From positions 1 through 51,839 of IMG/VR virus record IMGVR_UViG_3300025608_000032: 51,839 nucleotides of DNA, one strand, 5' to 3'. Below, piece by piece: positions 34,787 through 43,601 of the stretch. The first letter of the stretch is position 1, and the number at the start of each line of letters is the position of its first letter. The DNA comes from a virus. Taxonomy: Duplodnaviria; Caudoviricetes. The notes under the pieces were generated by a model that saw nothing but the letters and a program-made list of their open reading frames with translations, did no database searches and was not told the origin of the DNA. The position numbers and the translations under genes were made by a program.

Positions 34787-35659
34787 TTAGAATCCTCCGA
34801 AACCACCAATACCTAGATTACCTAGTGGATTGGAGGAACGTGTAATTCCCTTAAAGAAGTTCTTAAATGCAACGACTTTCTGTTGTGCTTGGACAACTTG
34901 ATTTCTTGCATCAAGGACTTGGTTGAATGCTCTACCGGCATCCTCAAAAACACCTTTCGCTCTTGGTGGAACCAAGTCTACGAAGTTATTACTTATTGGA
35001 CGTGAACGTGGGAACGAATCATTGAATCTTGTCAATGCAAAATTCTTTGGTGCTCTTGGGCCAGAACCAATAGATGTCTCTTCATATTCTGCATACACAG
35101 TTGCACGACCAGTGACAGGATCAACCTCAAGAGGCGCCCATTCTCTGAATGCCATACCAACGGTTCCTTTGATTAGTTCATTAGATGAACCAGAAGAGAA
35201 TTCAATTTCATTCACAGTTTTGGGGAATACATCACGAATCTCAATACCCGCTGTTCTGTTGTCATTTTGATCCAACTGGAATACTCGCATTCTTGAAACG
35301 TATTCGTTGTAGTAAGACACGTTGTAAGTTGTTGGACTTACGATATAGTCTTGCCATGAGTTAAAGAACCATCTTTCCTCATGTGTATTGTTTAGATAGA
35401 ACGTGACAGAAATTTCTTCTGCATATGTCAAACCTTGTGCAACTTCATAGGTTGGGCCATAGATGTTCTCGTCTGTGGTTGTTCTAATATTCTTGCCAGG
35501 GAATGCAACTGATTCGATACGAAGATTCAAGTCACGAATCAATTGTCCATTTGCACCACTTCTTGCAAGTGCAGCGGGAGGAATGATTTCTGCCTCAAAT
35601 CGGTTTGCTCTTGCAGTTCCTTTATCAAGGGTTGCAATAAATGTGTCTAACGCTGCCAT
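34787..35659 (-). CDS. tail-tube-fold protein (gp54/gp19-like tube initiator)
   Basis: ARANRFEAEI, FPG, FFNSWQDYI and DVFPKTV motifs. Confidence 0.75.
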   Translation of the reverse strand: MAALDTFIATLDKGTARANRFEAEIIPPAALARSGANGQLIRDLNLRIESVAFPGKNIRTTTDENIYGPTYEVAQGLTYAEEISVTFYLNNTHEERWFFNSWQDYIVSPTTYNVSYYNEYVSRMRVFQLDQNDNRTAGIEIRDVFPKTVNEIEFSSGSSNELIKGTVGMAFREWAPLEVDPVTGRATVYAEYEETSIGSGPRAPKNFALTRFNDSFPRSRPISNNFVDLVPPRAKGVFEDAGRAFNQVLDARNQVVQAQQKVVAFKNFFKGITRSSNPLGNLGIGGFGGF

Positions 35660-36249
35660 TATTGTGGTCTCCTAGGCGCTCTTGCCATTCTTCTTGAATC
35701 TGCATAGACTTTGTTCTCTGTTGCACGAACAAATTGTTGCACTGGTAACAATACTGCAACCATCATTTCATCTGCATCAATTCTACGGAATGGGGTTTGG
35801 ACATGATCGTAAAGATATCTCTTTACAGTAGGACGAACCATAGGATTGCGTTTGATACGGTTCCATGTCAATCTAATTCTTGTTGTTTCATCCATATTAT
35901 CATTGTTTGCATACTCAGAAATCACATTTAGTAGTTTTAGTCTCATAGGAATAGATAGGTAGTGAAAATTCAATCCCATAAACCCATCTCTATTCTCTTG
36001 CACAGGTTCAATTGGCATAATCAGAGGGAATCTGTCATAGTATGGTAGGACATTTCTATTATCCTTATACTTAGGCGAATACATGAAGAAATTCATTCTA
36101 CCAAAGTTTGGACGTGATGTTACAATACCTTCACGAATCAATTGACGTGGAGGAACATCGCCAAGTTCTTTGACTTTTTCTCTAAACCAACGAATGGAAC
36201 GATCCTTACCGCCAGTTTGTTCTAATACATTTCCAATTAAGTCTGCCAT
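35659..36249 (-). CDS. gp2: DNA end protector (T4 gp2-like)
   Basis: YSPKYK, LPYYDRFPL, GLNFHYL and VKRYL motifs. Confidence 0.9.
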   Translation of the reverse strand: MADLIGNVLEQTGGKDRSIRWFREKVKELGDVPPRQLIREGIVTSRPNFGRMNFFMYSPKYKDNRNVLPYYDRFPLIMPIEPVQENRDGFMGLNFHYLSIPMRLKLLNVISEYANNDNMDETTRIRLTWNRIKRNPMVRPTVKRYLYDHVQTPFRRIDADEMMVAVLLPVQQFVRATENKVYADSRRMARAPRRPQ

Positions 36250-36254
36250 AAGTG

Positions 36255-36262
36255 TATTTATA
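36255..36262 (-). promoter_or_regulatory. T4-type late promoter
   Basis: TATAAATA on the minus strand, 5 nt before the gp2 ATG. Confidence 0.7.
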
Positions 36263-36265
36263 CGA

Positions 36266-36697
36266 CTAGCCTACATGATCCTCAGTAAGAATCTTAAATT
36301 CCATACCTCTGTCATTGCACCACTCGATTGCCGCCTCCCACTTTGCTTTATTGACACCCCAAGTGCGAACCTCGTTAATAAAACGTTTGGTTTTCTTTTT
36401 GGGGATAGGGGGCGGGCCACACTGTTTCTTAGGTTTAACTTCTATGATGATTTTCTTGATAGAACCATCTGCCTGTTTCACCTTAATGTAAAAGTCTGGA
36501 AAGTAACGGTGTCTTCTACCGTCAAGGGGGGATATATAAGGTATGATAACTTCTTCACTGCCCCACTCAAGGATTGCAGAGTTGTTATCACAATAAACCA
36601 TAAAGTTTCGTTCCCAGAGTGAACGGTAGAATATCTTGTCTACGTTACCTCTGTATTTCTTTATATTTTTTGGGGTGTATCTTCCACTATATGCCAT
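36266..36697 (-). CDS. gp4: head completion nuclease (T4 gp4-like)
   Basis: YRSLWE, WGSEE, HRYFPDF, IEVKP, NKAKWEAA and FKILTE motifs. Confidence 0.93.
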   Translation of the reverse strand: MAYSGRYTPKNIKKYRGNVDKIFYRSLWERNFMVYCDNNSAILEWGSEEVIIPYISPLDGRRHRYFPDFYIKVKQADGSIKKIIIEVKPKKQCGPPPIPKKKTKRFINEVRTWGVNKAKWEAAIEWCNDRGMEFKILTEDHVG

Positions 36698-36706
36698 GCT
36701 AAACCG

Positions 36707-36714
36707 TATAAATA
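36707..36714 (+). promoter_or_regulatory. T4-type late promoter
   Basis: TATAAATA upstream of gp48. Confidence 0.7.
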
Positions 36715-36744
36715 CTTGAAAGGAATTATTATAGGACTATTTAG

Positions 36745-37641
36745 ATGCCTGCAACACTATATCCAACAGCCTCTGGTTTAACAGATGCAATGTCAAGTTT
36801 CAGAACTGGTGGTTTAACATACCCCAATGATGTTGGAACTATGTCACGAACATCTCACTATGTTCAGTTCTTTGTCAACGAACAAAGTGAAGGTTCTGCA
36901 TCCTTCTCTACAGGAGCATTTGCAACTGCTCCCGCTGGACGCCCAGAGAGACTTCCTGGCACTCTCCAAAGAGCTCCGACTCGCCGTGCGCTGGGGTCTA
37001 TTACTCTATACATGCCTAGTCAGATTCAAGTGTCTCAGAAAGCAAACTATGGTGAAGCAGAGATTGGTATGGTTGTTGCCGCTGCATTAAAATCTGGTGA
37101 ATCTTTGGTTGGTATGATGGAAGGTTCTTCAGAGTTTGACTTAGGACAGTTTGCGTCCACAGTAGGCGCACAGGCAAGGAACACTCTTGGTGCCGCACTA
37201 GAAGGCGCAGGCGCAACAGGCGCTCAGGCTGCAGTTGCAATCACACAAGGTAAGACTACCAACAACAGAACTGAAATGAAGTTTGAAGGTATCGACAGAC
37301 GTTCATTCAACTTCACGTTTAGACTATTGCCTCGTTCTCCACAAGAGGCACAAAGAATTCAAGAAATCGTTACTCTGTTCAGACTCCACTCTATGCCTGA
37401 GTTTGATAGAGGTGACTCATTGGGTAGAACATTGATTGCACCAAGCACATTCGATATCCAATATACCCCAGACGAACACTTGCATAAAATCTCTACATCT
37501 GTTCTTGAATCGGTTGATGTTAAGTATGGTGGAGATCGTCCACAGTTCTACAAAGACAACCAACCCACAGAAACCGAATTGACTCTAACCTTTAAAGAAC
37601 TTGAGATTGTCACTAAAGAAAGAGTTGCACAGGGATACTAA
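36745..37641 (+). CDS. gp48: baseplate tail tube cap (T4 gp48-like)
   Basis: ITLYMP, FEGIDRRSFNFTF.L.PRS and LTFKELE motifs. Confidence 0.88.
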   Translation: MPATLYPTASGLTDAMSSFRTGGLTYPNDVGTMSRTSHYVQFFVNEQSEGSASFSTGAFATAPAGRPERLPGTLQRAPTRRALGSITLYMPSQIQVSQKANYGEAEIGMVVAAALKSGESLVGMMEGSSEFDLGQFASTVGAQARNTLGAALEGAGATGAQAAVAITQGKTTNNRTEMKFEGIDRRSFNFTFRLLPRSPQEAQRIQEIVTLFRLHSMPEFDRGDSLGRTLIAPSTFDIQYTPDEHLHKISTSVLESVDVKYGGDRPQFYKDNQPTETELTLTFKELEIVTKERVAQGY

Positions 37642-37644
37642 TAC

Positions 37645-38169
37645 ATGTATTTTAGAAAATTTCCAAGAATATCATATGACGTTAATGGTGACGGTAACGT
37701 CAAACTAATGACAGATATCACACGAAGAATTAATTTGCTTGATTCTTCCCTATTGAAGTATGTATCGTTTGATTTCTATGATGTGAGAGATGGTGAAACA
37801 CCAGAGGGTATTGCACACGGTTATTATGGTGACGCAAACATGCACTGGTTGGTTATTCTTGCAAACAATGTTATTGATTACTACACAGATTGGCCAATGA
37901 CTGTTCAACAGTTTGAAGCATATGTGCATTCTAAGTATGATAACGTAGATGAAATTCATCACTACGAAGCCCCACAAGAGTCTGGTGATACCAGTGTTAT
38001 AATCGAATATCCAACAGATGCGGCAACAACAGTTCCTAGTGGTGCAACTGCAATCACTAACTATGAGTATGAAGAACGACTTCAAAATGATAAGAGAAGA
38101 ATTCGACTCATTCGCCCAGAATACGCAGGCAGAATTAAGACTGAATTTGAAAACAAAATTAAGGTATAA
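37645..38169 (+). CDS. gp53: baseplate wedge subunit (T4 gp53-like)
   Basis: MYFRKFP, GETPE.IA..YYGD...HWLV, DWP and NYEYEE motifs. Confidence 0.92.
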   Translation: MYFRKFPRISYDVNGDGNVKLMTDITRRINLLDSSLLKYVSFDFYDVRDGETPEGIAHGYYGDANMHWLVILANNVIDYYTDWPMTVQQFEAYVHSKYDNVDEIHHYEAPQESGDTSVIIEYPTDAATTVPSGATAITNYEYEERLQNDKRRIRLIRPEYAGRIKTEFENKIKV

Positions 38170-38175
38170 TGATTA

Positions 38176-39591
38176 ATGGCAACTATTCAATACGCCGGTG
38201 AGTATAAAGTTGAGGTATGTGAAATTCTCTCCACTTCTGGAGCGATTCTGGATGTGCGTGATTTGTTTTCGACTATCAGTATTTTCGAAGACATTTTTCA
38301 AAACAGTATCACAGGTTCTATCACACTCGTAGATACAAACAATCTACTTACCAACCTTCCTATCATTGGACAGGAAAAACTCAGACTCAAGGTGTTTACC
38401 CCAAACGCAGATGACGATACTTCTCGCACTGCGGCCATTAACTATACTGAAACTCCACTATACATCTACAAGATTGAAAGTAAAACACAAGTCAACGATC
38501 AGACGATTGCATACTCACTTGGTTTTACAACTCCAGAAGCAATTCGTAACAATCGAATCAGAGTATCACAGTCATTTGAGGGGGAACCCTCTGAAGAGAT
38601 GGTTCGTGAGATTATAAGAGACCCAGAGATTCTAAACTCTAAGAAAGAACTCTACTACGAACTCACTTCTAACAACTACAAATTCGTATCGCCAAACATG
38701 CGTCCAATGGACTTCATCAATGGAGTTGCAAGACGTTGTTTCTCTAAAGAATACAATTTTGCCCCTAGTTTCCTCTTTTATGAAACAGTCAAAGGTTTTT
38801 GGTTCAGAACTATTGACAACATGATGGATAAAGAGGTAAGATGGAGCTATTCTGAACAAACACCAAACGTGTTGGCAGATGGTGCATCTAGAACTGATAC
38901 GGAGGCGAACCTACACAACATTCTAAACTACACTGTGGTTCAATCTGTGGACACAATGATGAACATGAGAAAGGGACTCTATGGTTCTAAGTTGACGATG
39001 GTTGACTTTGTGAACAAGACTGTAGAAAACTTTGAGTATAACTACTTTGAGAAGTTCAATGACGATGTTCACCTAGATCAATATCCAGTTGCATCACAGG
39101 CACAGGATGACTATTTTAACACATTGTCAGATTACCCAGATACATGTGTCTACATGCAGTCAGTAGACAGAGACAGTCCAGGCGGGTTGTTTGCACCAAG
39201 ACATGAGGGTTTCTTTGACTACACAGGAACCGATCAATGGTTGCAAAGACGCAGAGCAAGATTTACATCATTGGATGCTGGCATTGTTTTGCGTATTGAA
39301 GTGCCTGGCAATACAACAGTTCAAGTTGGTGACTTGGTTCAAATCGACTTGAGAAACACTGGTGTGTTATCTGGCGAAGACAGAAGAGACCCATATTACA
39401 GTGGTAAATATCTTGTGAGGAAACTCAGACATGAATTTACCAGAGGACAAGGTGTGTATAAACACACAATGCATATGGAAGTGGTGAAAGATGCTATCGG
39501 AACACCATATCCATCCACAGGTGTCGCCATGCAAGATGGTGGCCCATCAACCGATGTGATTGTTCCAACAGGATCATCAATTACAAACTAA
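38176..39591 (+). CDS. baseplate hub protein (gp27-like)
   Basis: IFEDIF...GSITLVD...LPIIGQEKL, FLFYET, VPGN and SGKYLV..LRH motifs. Confidence 0.75.
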   Translation: MATIQYAGEYKVEVCEILSTSGAILDVRDLFSTISIFEDIFQNSITGSITLVDTNNLLTNLPIIGQEKLRLKVFTPNADDDTSRTAAINYTETPLYIYKIESKTQVNDQTIAYSLGFTTPEAIRNNRIRVSQSFEGEPSEEMVREIIRDPEILNSKKELYYELTSNNYKFVSPNMRPMDFINGVARRCFSKEYNFAPSFLFYETVKGFWFRTIDNMMDKEVRWSYSEQTPNVLADGASRTDTEANLHNILNYTVVQSVDTMMNMRKGLYGSKLTMVDFVNKTVENFEYNYFEKFNDDVHLDQYPVASQAQDDYFNTLSDYPDTCVYMQSVDRDSPGGLFAPRHEGFFDYTGTDQWLQRRRARFTSLDAGIVLRIEVPGNTTVQVGDLVQIDLRNTGVLSGEDRRDPYYSGKYLVRKLRHEFTRGQGVYKHTMHMEVVKDAIGTPYPSTGVAMQDGGPSTDVIVPTGSSITN

Positions 39592-39657
39592 CCAAGAAGG
39601 AGGCCAAAAACAACTCATTTTGTCATGATTTTTTAATCTAACCATAAGAGGTAAACA

Positions 39658-39855
39658 ATGACCACTAAACTCAAGAACCGACTTCAGAAAATGAAATTTC
39701 AACGAACCAATCAGAGAAGAATCGAAGTTGAGGAAATGGAGGATACTAAATACTATGAAGAACTTTACAGAAAACGAACGATGGAGTTGTTAGGAATACA
39801 AAATGAAAACGTTTCAGGAACTACAGGAAGGGGTTTACGATCCCAACATATTTAA
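39658..39855 (+). CDS. small hypothetical protein
   Basis: GAGG SD; overlaps the next gene. Confidence 0.5.
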   Translation: MTTKLKNRLQKMKFQRTNQRRIEVEEMEDTKYYEELYRKRTMELLGIQNENVSGTTGRGLRSQHI

Positions 39856-40468
39856 AGCAATCTTCCTAGCCGGTGGCCCAGGCAGTGGTAAGTCCTATGT
39901 TGTTCGCAGAACAACTGGTGGACTAGGAATGAAGATTGTTAATTCAGACGATATCTATGAGAAGATGTTGAAGGACGCTGGTTTGACTACCACACCAGAA
40001 GACATTTACTCAGATGAAGGACAAGAGATTCGTGTAAAAGCGAAAGCGACTACTAAAGTCATGCAAGGTAACTTCTTGGAAGGTCGTCTAGGACTCATCA
40101 TTGATGGCACTGGTAAAGATTACGACAAGATTGCAAAACAAGTTGCTGGACTACAGGCAATCGGTTACGAATGTTACATGGTTTTCGTAAACACTTCTTT
40201 GGATACTGCACAAGAACGCAATAGAATGCGTCAACGCACACTACCAGAGAAAGAAGTTGCGAAGATGTGGAACGAAGTTCAAAACAACATTGGTAGATTC
40301 CAACGCTTGTTTGGTTCTCGAAACATGATTATTGTCGATAATAACGATGCTGGTGAAGACGTATTTGCAAAGGTATGGAAGAGAATCATGCTTCTCGTGA
40401 AGACAAAGGTTACTAACCATATCGCAAAACGATGGATTCAAGCACAGTTAGCCGCAAAAAAACGTTAA
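39803..40468 (+). CDS. zeta-toxin-like P-loop kinase with capsid-targeting-like N-terminus
   Basis: MKTFQELQEG; GGPGSGKS, NSDD, IIDGTG and RNRMR motifs. Confidence 0.8.
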   Translation: MKTFQELQEGVYDPNIFKAIFLAGGPGSGKSYVVRRTTGGLGMKIVNSDDIYEKMLKDAGLTTTPEDIYSDEGQEIRVKAKATTKVMQGNFLEGRLGLIIDGTGKDYDKIAKQVAGLQAIGYECYMVFVNTSLDTAQERNRMRQRTLPEKEVAKMWNEVQNNIGRFQRLFGSRNMIIVDNNDAGEDVFAKVWKRIMLLVKTKVTNHIAKRWIQAQLAAKKR

Positions 40469-40498
40469 AAATACCGTAATTTTGCCGCAGAAAAGTGT

Positions 40499-40528
40499 AA
40501 GCCCCTGTTTTTACAGGGGCTTTTTTTT
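40499..40528 (+). terminator. Rho-independent terminator
   Basis: AAGCCCCTGT-TTTT-ACAGGGGCTT plus T-tract. Confidence 0.85.
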
Positions 40529-40539
40529 AGCGAAAACGC

Positions 40540-40567
40540 TTGACTTTGTTCTCAAAACATGTATAAT
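40540..40567 (+). promoter_or_regulatory. early sigma70 promoter with palindromic spacer
   Basis: TTGACT-16-TATAAT; spacer TGTTCTCAAAACA. Confidence 0.8.
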
Positions 40568-40587
40568 GATAGTGTAATAAGGAGATA

Positions 40588-40818
40588 GTGATGGAAAATA
40601 TTCTAGTTGGTTTGATTGCCCTCACAATGATAAACGGTGAAGTAGGCGAAGGAACAAACAAGGTTGTTACCAACACCATAGGTAATGAGATTACTATTGG
40701 TGAGGTAATTGAAGTGAATACAGGACGTGTCTCTTCTACTGGACAGATTGGAACCTGTTGGGCATCCCCTGTTTATGGTTCTAACGGAGTTAAAGAAGTA
40801 AAGATACGTTGTAATTGA
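40588..40818 (+). CDS. hypothetical protein
   Basis: AAGGAG SD after the promoter. Confidence 0.65.
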   Translation: MMENILVGLIALTMINGEVGEGTNKVVTNTIGNEITIGEVIEVNTGRVSSTGQIGTCWASPVYGSNGVKEVKIRCN

Positions 40819-40832
40819 GAAAGGATTATATT

Positions 40833-41330
40833 ATGACATTATATTTGGATATGGACGGTGTTTTGGCTGACTTCTTCAGTGCATTTGCCAAACGGTTCGG
40901 TAAAGAACACTGGAAAATGATACAGGATAAAGAGAAGGCAATCACACAGTTGCAACATACTGATTTCTTCAACACATTGGAGAAGTTTGAGACTGCTGAT
41001 GAGTTGATTGAGTTCGCTCGTTCTACTGGTGATTGGGGAATCTGCTCTTCACCATTGCGTGGAGATCGTGATAACTCTGCATACTGGAAACGTGTCTGGT
41101 TGACTCGTATGGGTTATGTGCCAGATATCGACAAGATGATTTTCACTGGTATGAAAGAGAAGTATGCAACTGATCCGATTGATGGAACGCCAAACATCCT
41201 AGTGGACGACAAACCATCTAACATTGACCGCTGGGTTAAGAAAGGTGGGATAGGTTTTCTCTATCAGGCGAATGAGAACGATATAAAAGAATTGCTAAAA
41301 AACTTGAAAAAAGTGCTAGAAAACGCTTGA
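40833..41330 (+). CDS. HAD-family 5'(3')-deoxyribonucleotidase-like protein
   Basis: YLDMDGVLADF, K..W and ILVDDK motifs. Confidence 0.85.
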   Translation: MTLYLDMDGVLADFFSAFAKRFGKEHWKMIQDKEKAITQLQHTDFFNTLEKFETADELIEFARSTGDWGICSSPLRGDRDNSAYWKRVWLTRMGYVPDIDKMIFTGMKEKYATDPIDGTPNILVDDKPSNIDRWVKKGGIGFLYQANENDIKELLKNLKKVLENA

Positions 41331-41355
41331 CTTGTTCTCAGAACATTCGTATAAT
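41327..41355 (+). promoter_or_regulatory. early sigma70 promoter with palindromic spacer
   Basis: TTGACT-17-TATAAT; spacer TGTTCT-C-AGAACA. Confidence 0.8.
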
Positions 41356-41388
41356 GTATATGTAAGTTGAGAGAAAGAGGTAAAAGAT

Positions 41389-41667
41389 ATGTTTAGAATT
41401 CCTAGTTTTCATGAAGTTGAGATGACTTTTGACGAAGCTGCAAAGTGTATCACAAATCGTGGTAATGGTGACATGCTAGTTGGTATGGAAGGCATGAATG
41501 CGATTTGGGAAGACTACCTTGCTGACCAGAATGCCTTCTACAACGGCGAACAAGACGAAATGATGTATGGTGACGATGATGACTTCTTTGAACATTGGGG
41601 TTATGAGTGTAGTGCCTACAACGTTGTGTTCGAAAATATGAGTAAACTTTTTGCCCCTGCGGCGTAA
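41389..41667 (+). CDS. hypothetical early protein
   Basis: ORF after the promoter. Confidence 0.75.
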   Translation: MFRIPSFHEVEMTFDEAAKCITNRGNGDMLVGMEGMNAIWEDYLADQNAFYNGEQDEMMYGDDDDFFEHWGYECSAYNVVFENMSKLFAPAA

Positions 41668-41677
41668 GGAGAGAGAT

Positions 41678-41983
41678 ATGAAAGTTCGTAATTTCCGTTT
41701 TGTTTCTGACCCTGGCCATGGATATCTCCGTGTGCCTCTTGAAGTTCTAAAAGAGTATGGTGTGATGTTCAAGATTTCACCATTCTCATTCAAGTCTGAC
41801 AAGTTTGCATACTTGGAAGAAGACTGCGACATGGCGACATTCATTGATGCAGTTCGTGCCGTTGGTGATGATGTGAAGTTCAAAACATCCTACACCAACA
41901 ACAATGCATCATGCCGCCGTTACCCTCGTTTCCCAGAGACTATGGGTTACATCGAATATCGCAAAGAAAAATACGGTTTCTAA
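41678..41983 (+). CDS. conserved phage hypothetical protein
   Basis: SDPGHGYLRV...YLEEDCD motif. Confidence 0.8.
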   Translation: MKVRNFRFVSDPGHGYLRVPLEVLKEYGVMFKISPFSFKSDKFAYLEEDCDMATFIDAVRAVGDDVKFKTSYTNNNASCRRYPRFPETMGYIEYRKEKYGF

Positions 41984-41995
41984 GGAGAATAAGTA

Positions 41996-42193
41996 ATGAA
42001 AAATGCAATCGCTTTTATTATTGGGTTCGCTGGTTTCCTTCTTCTGATGGGTGCAGCGGGTTCTGACTGTGACGGTAAGTGCATGGAGAATGCATTGCCT
42101 CTTGGAGAGGTAATTCTCTATTCTTTGATTGGACTTGCCATGATGGTTGTTGGTTGTTTTATCGGAGGCGCTTTCAATGGTGAACGGCAGTAA
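41996..42193 (+). CDS. small 2-TM membrane protein
   Basis: AAGGAG SD; two hydrophobic helices. Confidence 0.7.
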   Translation: MKNAIAFIIGFAGFLLLMGAAGSDCDGKCMENALPLGEVILYSLIGLAMMVVGCFIGGAFNGERQ

Positions 42194-42338
42194 ATTTAGA
42201 CGTTGGATACAAGAGAAATGGTTCGAACACAAGTATGAGTGTTTGGATTGGAAGACGAAATCTTGTAAAGACGCACAAGAATACTTCAACAAGAACAAAT
42301 GGTTCTTAAAAGCTCTTTACAAACGTGAAGTAAAGTAG
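42177..42338 (+). CDS. small hypothetical protein
   Basis: FRRWIQEKWFEH...YFNKNKWFLK motif. Confidence 0.65.
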   Translation: MVNGSKFRRWIQEKWFEHKYECLDWKTKSCKDAQEYFNKNKWFLKALYKREVK

Positions 42339-42371
42339 TATATTAATAATGTGAAATGTGAGGATTATATT

Positions 42372-42692
42372 ATGCAAGTTTTGGATTTTGAAACAGATGT
42401 GAACATGAACATGAGTTCTCTACAGGGTTATGTTACAACAACCTATGAGAAACTAGTAGACACCTTTGGTGCGCCCACTTACACTGATGCAGACCCCTAT
42501 GAAAAGGTGAATGCAGAATGGACGGTTGAGGCTCGTGTCTATGACCCAGAAGACGATGATACTGTGAACGTCAAGTTCTCTATCTACAACTGGAAGACAG
42601 GAAATGTGCCTGTTGAAGAACACCAGTGGCATGTGGGTGGTTATGATTCTTATGCAAGTATCATTGCAAATCAAATTATAGGGGCAAAGTAA
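42372..42692 (+). CDS. conserved phage hypothetical protein
   Basis: SLQGY..TTYEKLV..FG.P, IYNWK and WHVGG motifs. Confidence 0.8.
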   Translation: MQVLDFETDVNMNMSSLQGYVTTTYEKLVDTFGAPTYTDADPYEKVNAEWTVEARVYDPEDDDTVNVKFSIYNWKTGNVPVEEHQWHVGGYDSYASIIANQIIGAK

Positions 42693-43108
42693 TGCCCCTA
42701 CTCCCTGCCTATTACACGACTAATAATCTCAAGAAGAGAAAGAAGAAGAAAGTCAATCCTGCCAAGTATGAGGCAGAGTGGCGTAAGCACAACAAGTTCT
42801 TGAAGTCAATTCGTAGTCCAGTAATCACACTGGATGAATACGTTGATTACTGTCATGGTCGGAGAAGTGTTACGGTAGCACGCCAGTCTCCAAAACTGGA
42901 AGCTGAGGTTCGACTCCTTGCTCCGGCGCCATATCGTAGAGAGACACCAGATATCCCAAGTGTTGGAGATATGGCTGGTGTGGCTCTAAAGAAAGAGACA
43001 CCAGTGTATACTGGCAACGCTGTCATTGGACAAGCGTATAACAAGGGTGGACTCCAAGTATTGTCTACTCAAGAAGCAAATGACCCAATGACGGGCAAAA
43101 GGAGATAA
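42692..43108 (+). CDS. conserved T4-like hypothetical protein containing a nested tRNA
   Basis: Open 138-aa ORF; LLPAYYTT N-terminus, YRRETP.IPS and YTG...QAYNKGGLQVLS C-terminus. Confidence 0.75.
   Translation: MPLLPAYYTTNNLKKRKKKKVNPAKYEAEWRKHNKFLKSIRSPVITLDEYVDYCHGRRSVTVARQSPKLEAEVRLLAPAPYRRETPDIPSVGDMAGVALKKETPVYTGNAVIGQAYNKGGLQVLSTQEANDPMTGKRR
42858..42931 (+). tRNA. tRNA-Trp(CCA) nested in a CDS
   Basis: Acceptor GTCGGAG/CTCCGGC, G73, CCA; anticodon arm CCAGT-CTCCAAA-ACTGG; T-loop TTCGACT; A8 variant. Confidence 0.88.
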
Positions 43109-43110
43109 TT

Positions 43111-43359
43111 ATGAGTGAATTGTGGGTTGAAGACGTTGAGTATCATTCGGTGAATCTAACCAAACGCTATGAACTTGACGAAGATGATGTTATCGAAACA
43201 TTTGGTTCCGTAGAGAAATTCCGAGAACTATTTGATGAAGGTGACGATGAAGCGCAGTCATATGTATATGACGGTGATTATGAAACCGATGAAGATTGGT
43301 GGACTGCAAACAAAGGTGGATTTGAAATTGACACCTCGACCTCTTGGGAGAATGAATAA
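43111..43359 (+). CDS. acidic hypothetical protein
   Basis: AGGAG SD. Confidence 0.75.
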   Translation: MSELWVEDVEYHSVNLTKRYELDEDDVIETFGSVEKFRELFDEGDDEAQSYVYDGDYETDEDWWTANKGGFEIDTSTSWENE

Positions 43360-43601
43360 TGGCTTTTGAAGTATGGAAGCAACACAAACTTGAAGATCGT
43401 ATGGAATCAGAAGCATACGATTGGGTATTGTATTGCATTGAAGAACAATTCGGTGTTTCGGATTGGGATGATTTGACTAAAGAACAGGTTGATGAGATTT
43501 ACGAATATGCACAGAGTGAAGATATCTACTTTGCTCCTTATGTAGAAAGTATTCTAATCAGTCAATGTGATAACTGGTATGAGGAGAATAACGATGGCTA
43601 A
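43359..43601 (+). CDS. hypothetical protein
   Basis: Coupled ORF. Confidence 0.7.
   Translation: MAFEVWKQHKLEDRMESEAYDWVLYCIEEQFGVSDWDDLTKEQVDEIYEYAQSEDIYFAPYVESILISQCDNWYEENNDG

Noticed and set aside
23593-40468. AbrB/MazE-like and zeta-like genes as toxin-antitoxin pairs
   Set aside because: They are 16 kb apart and neither has a recognisable cognate partner next to it.
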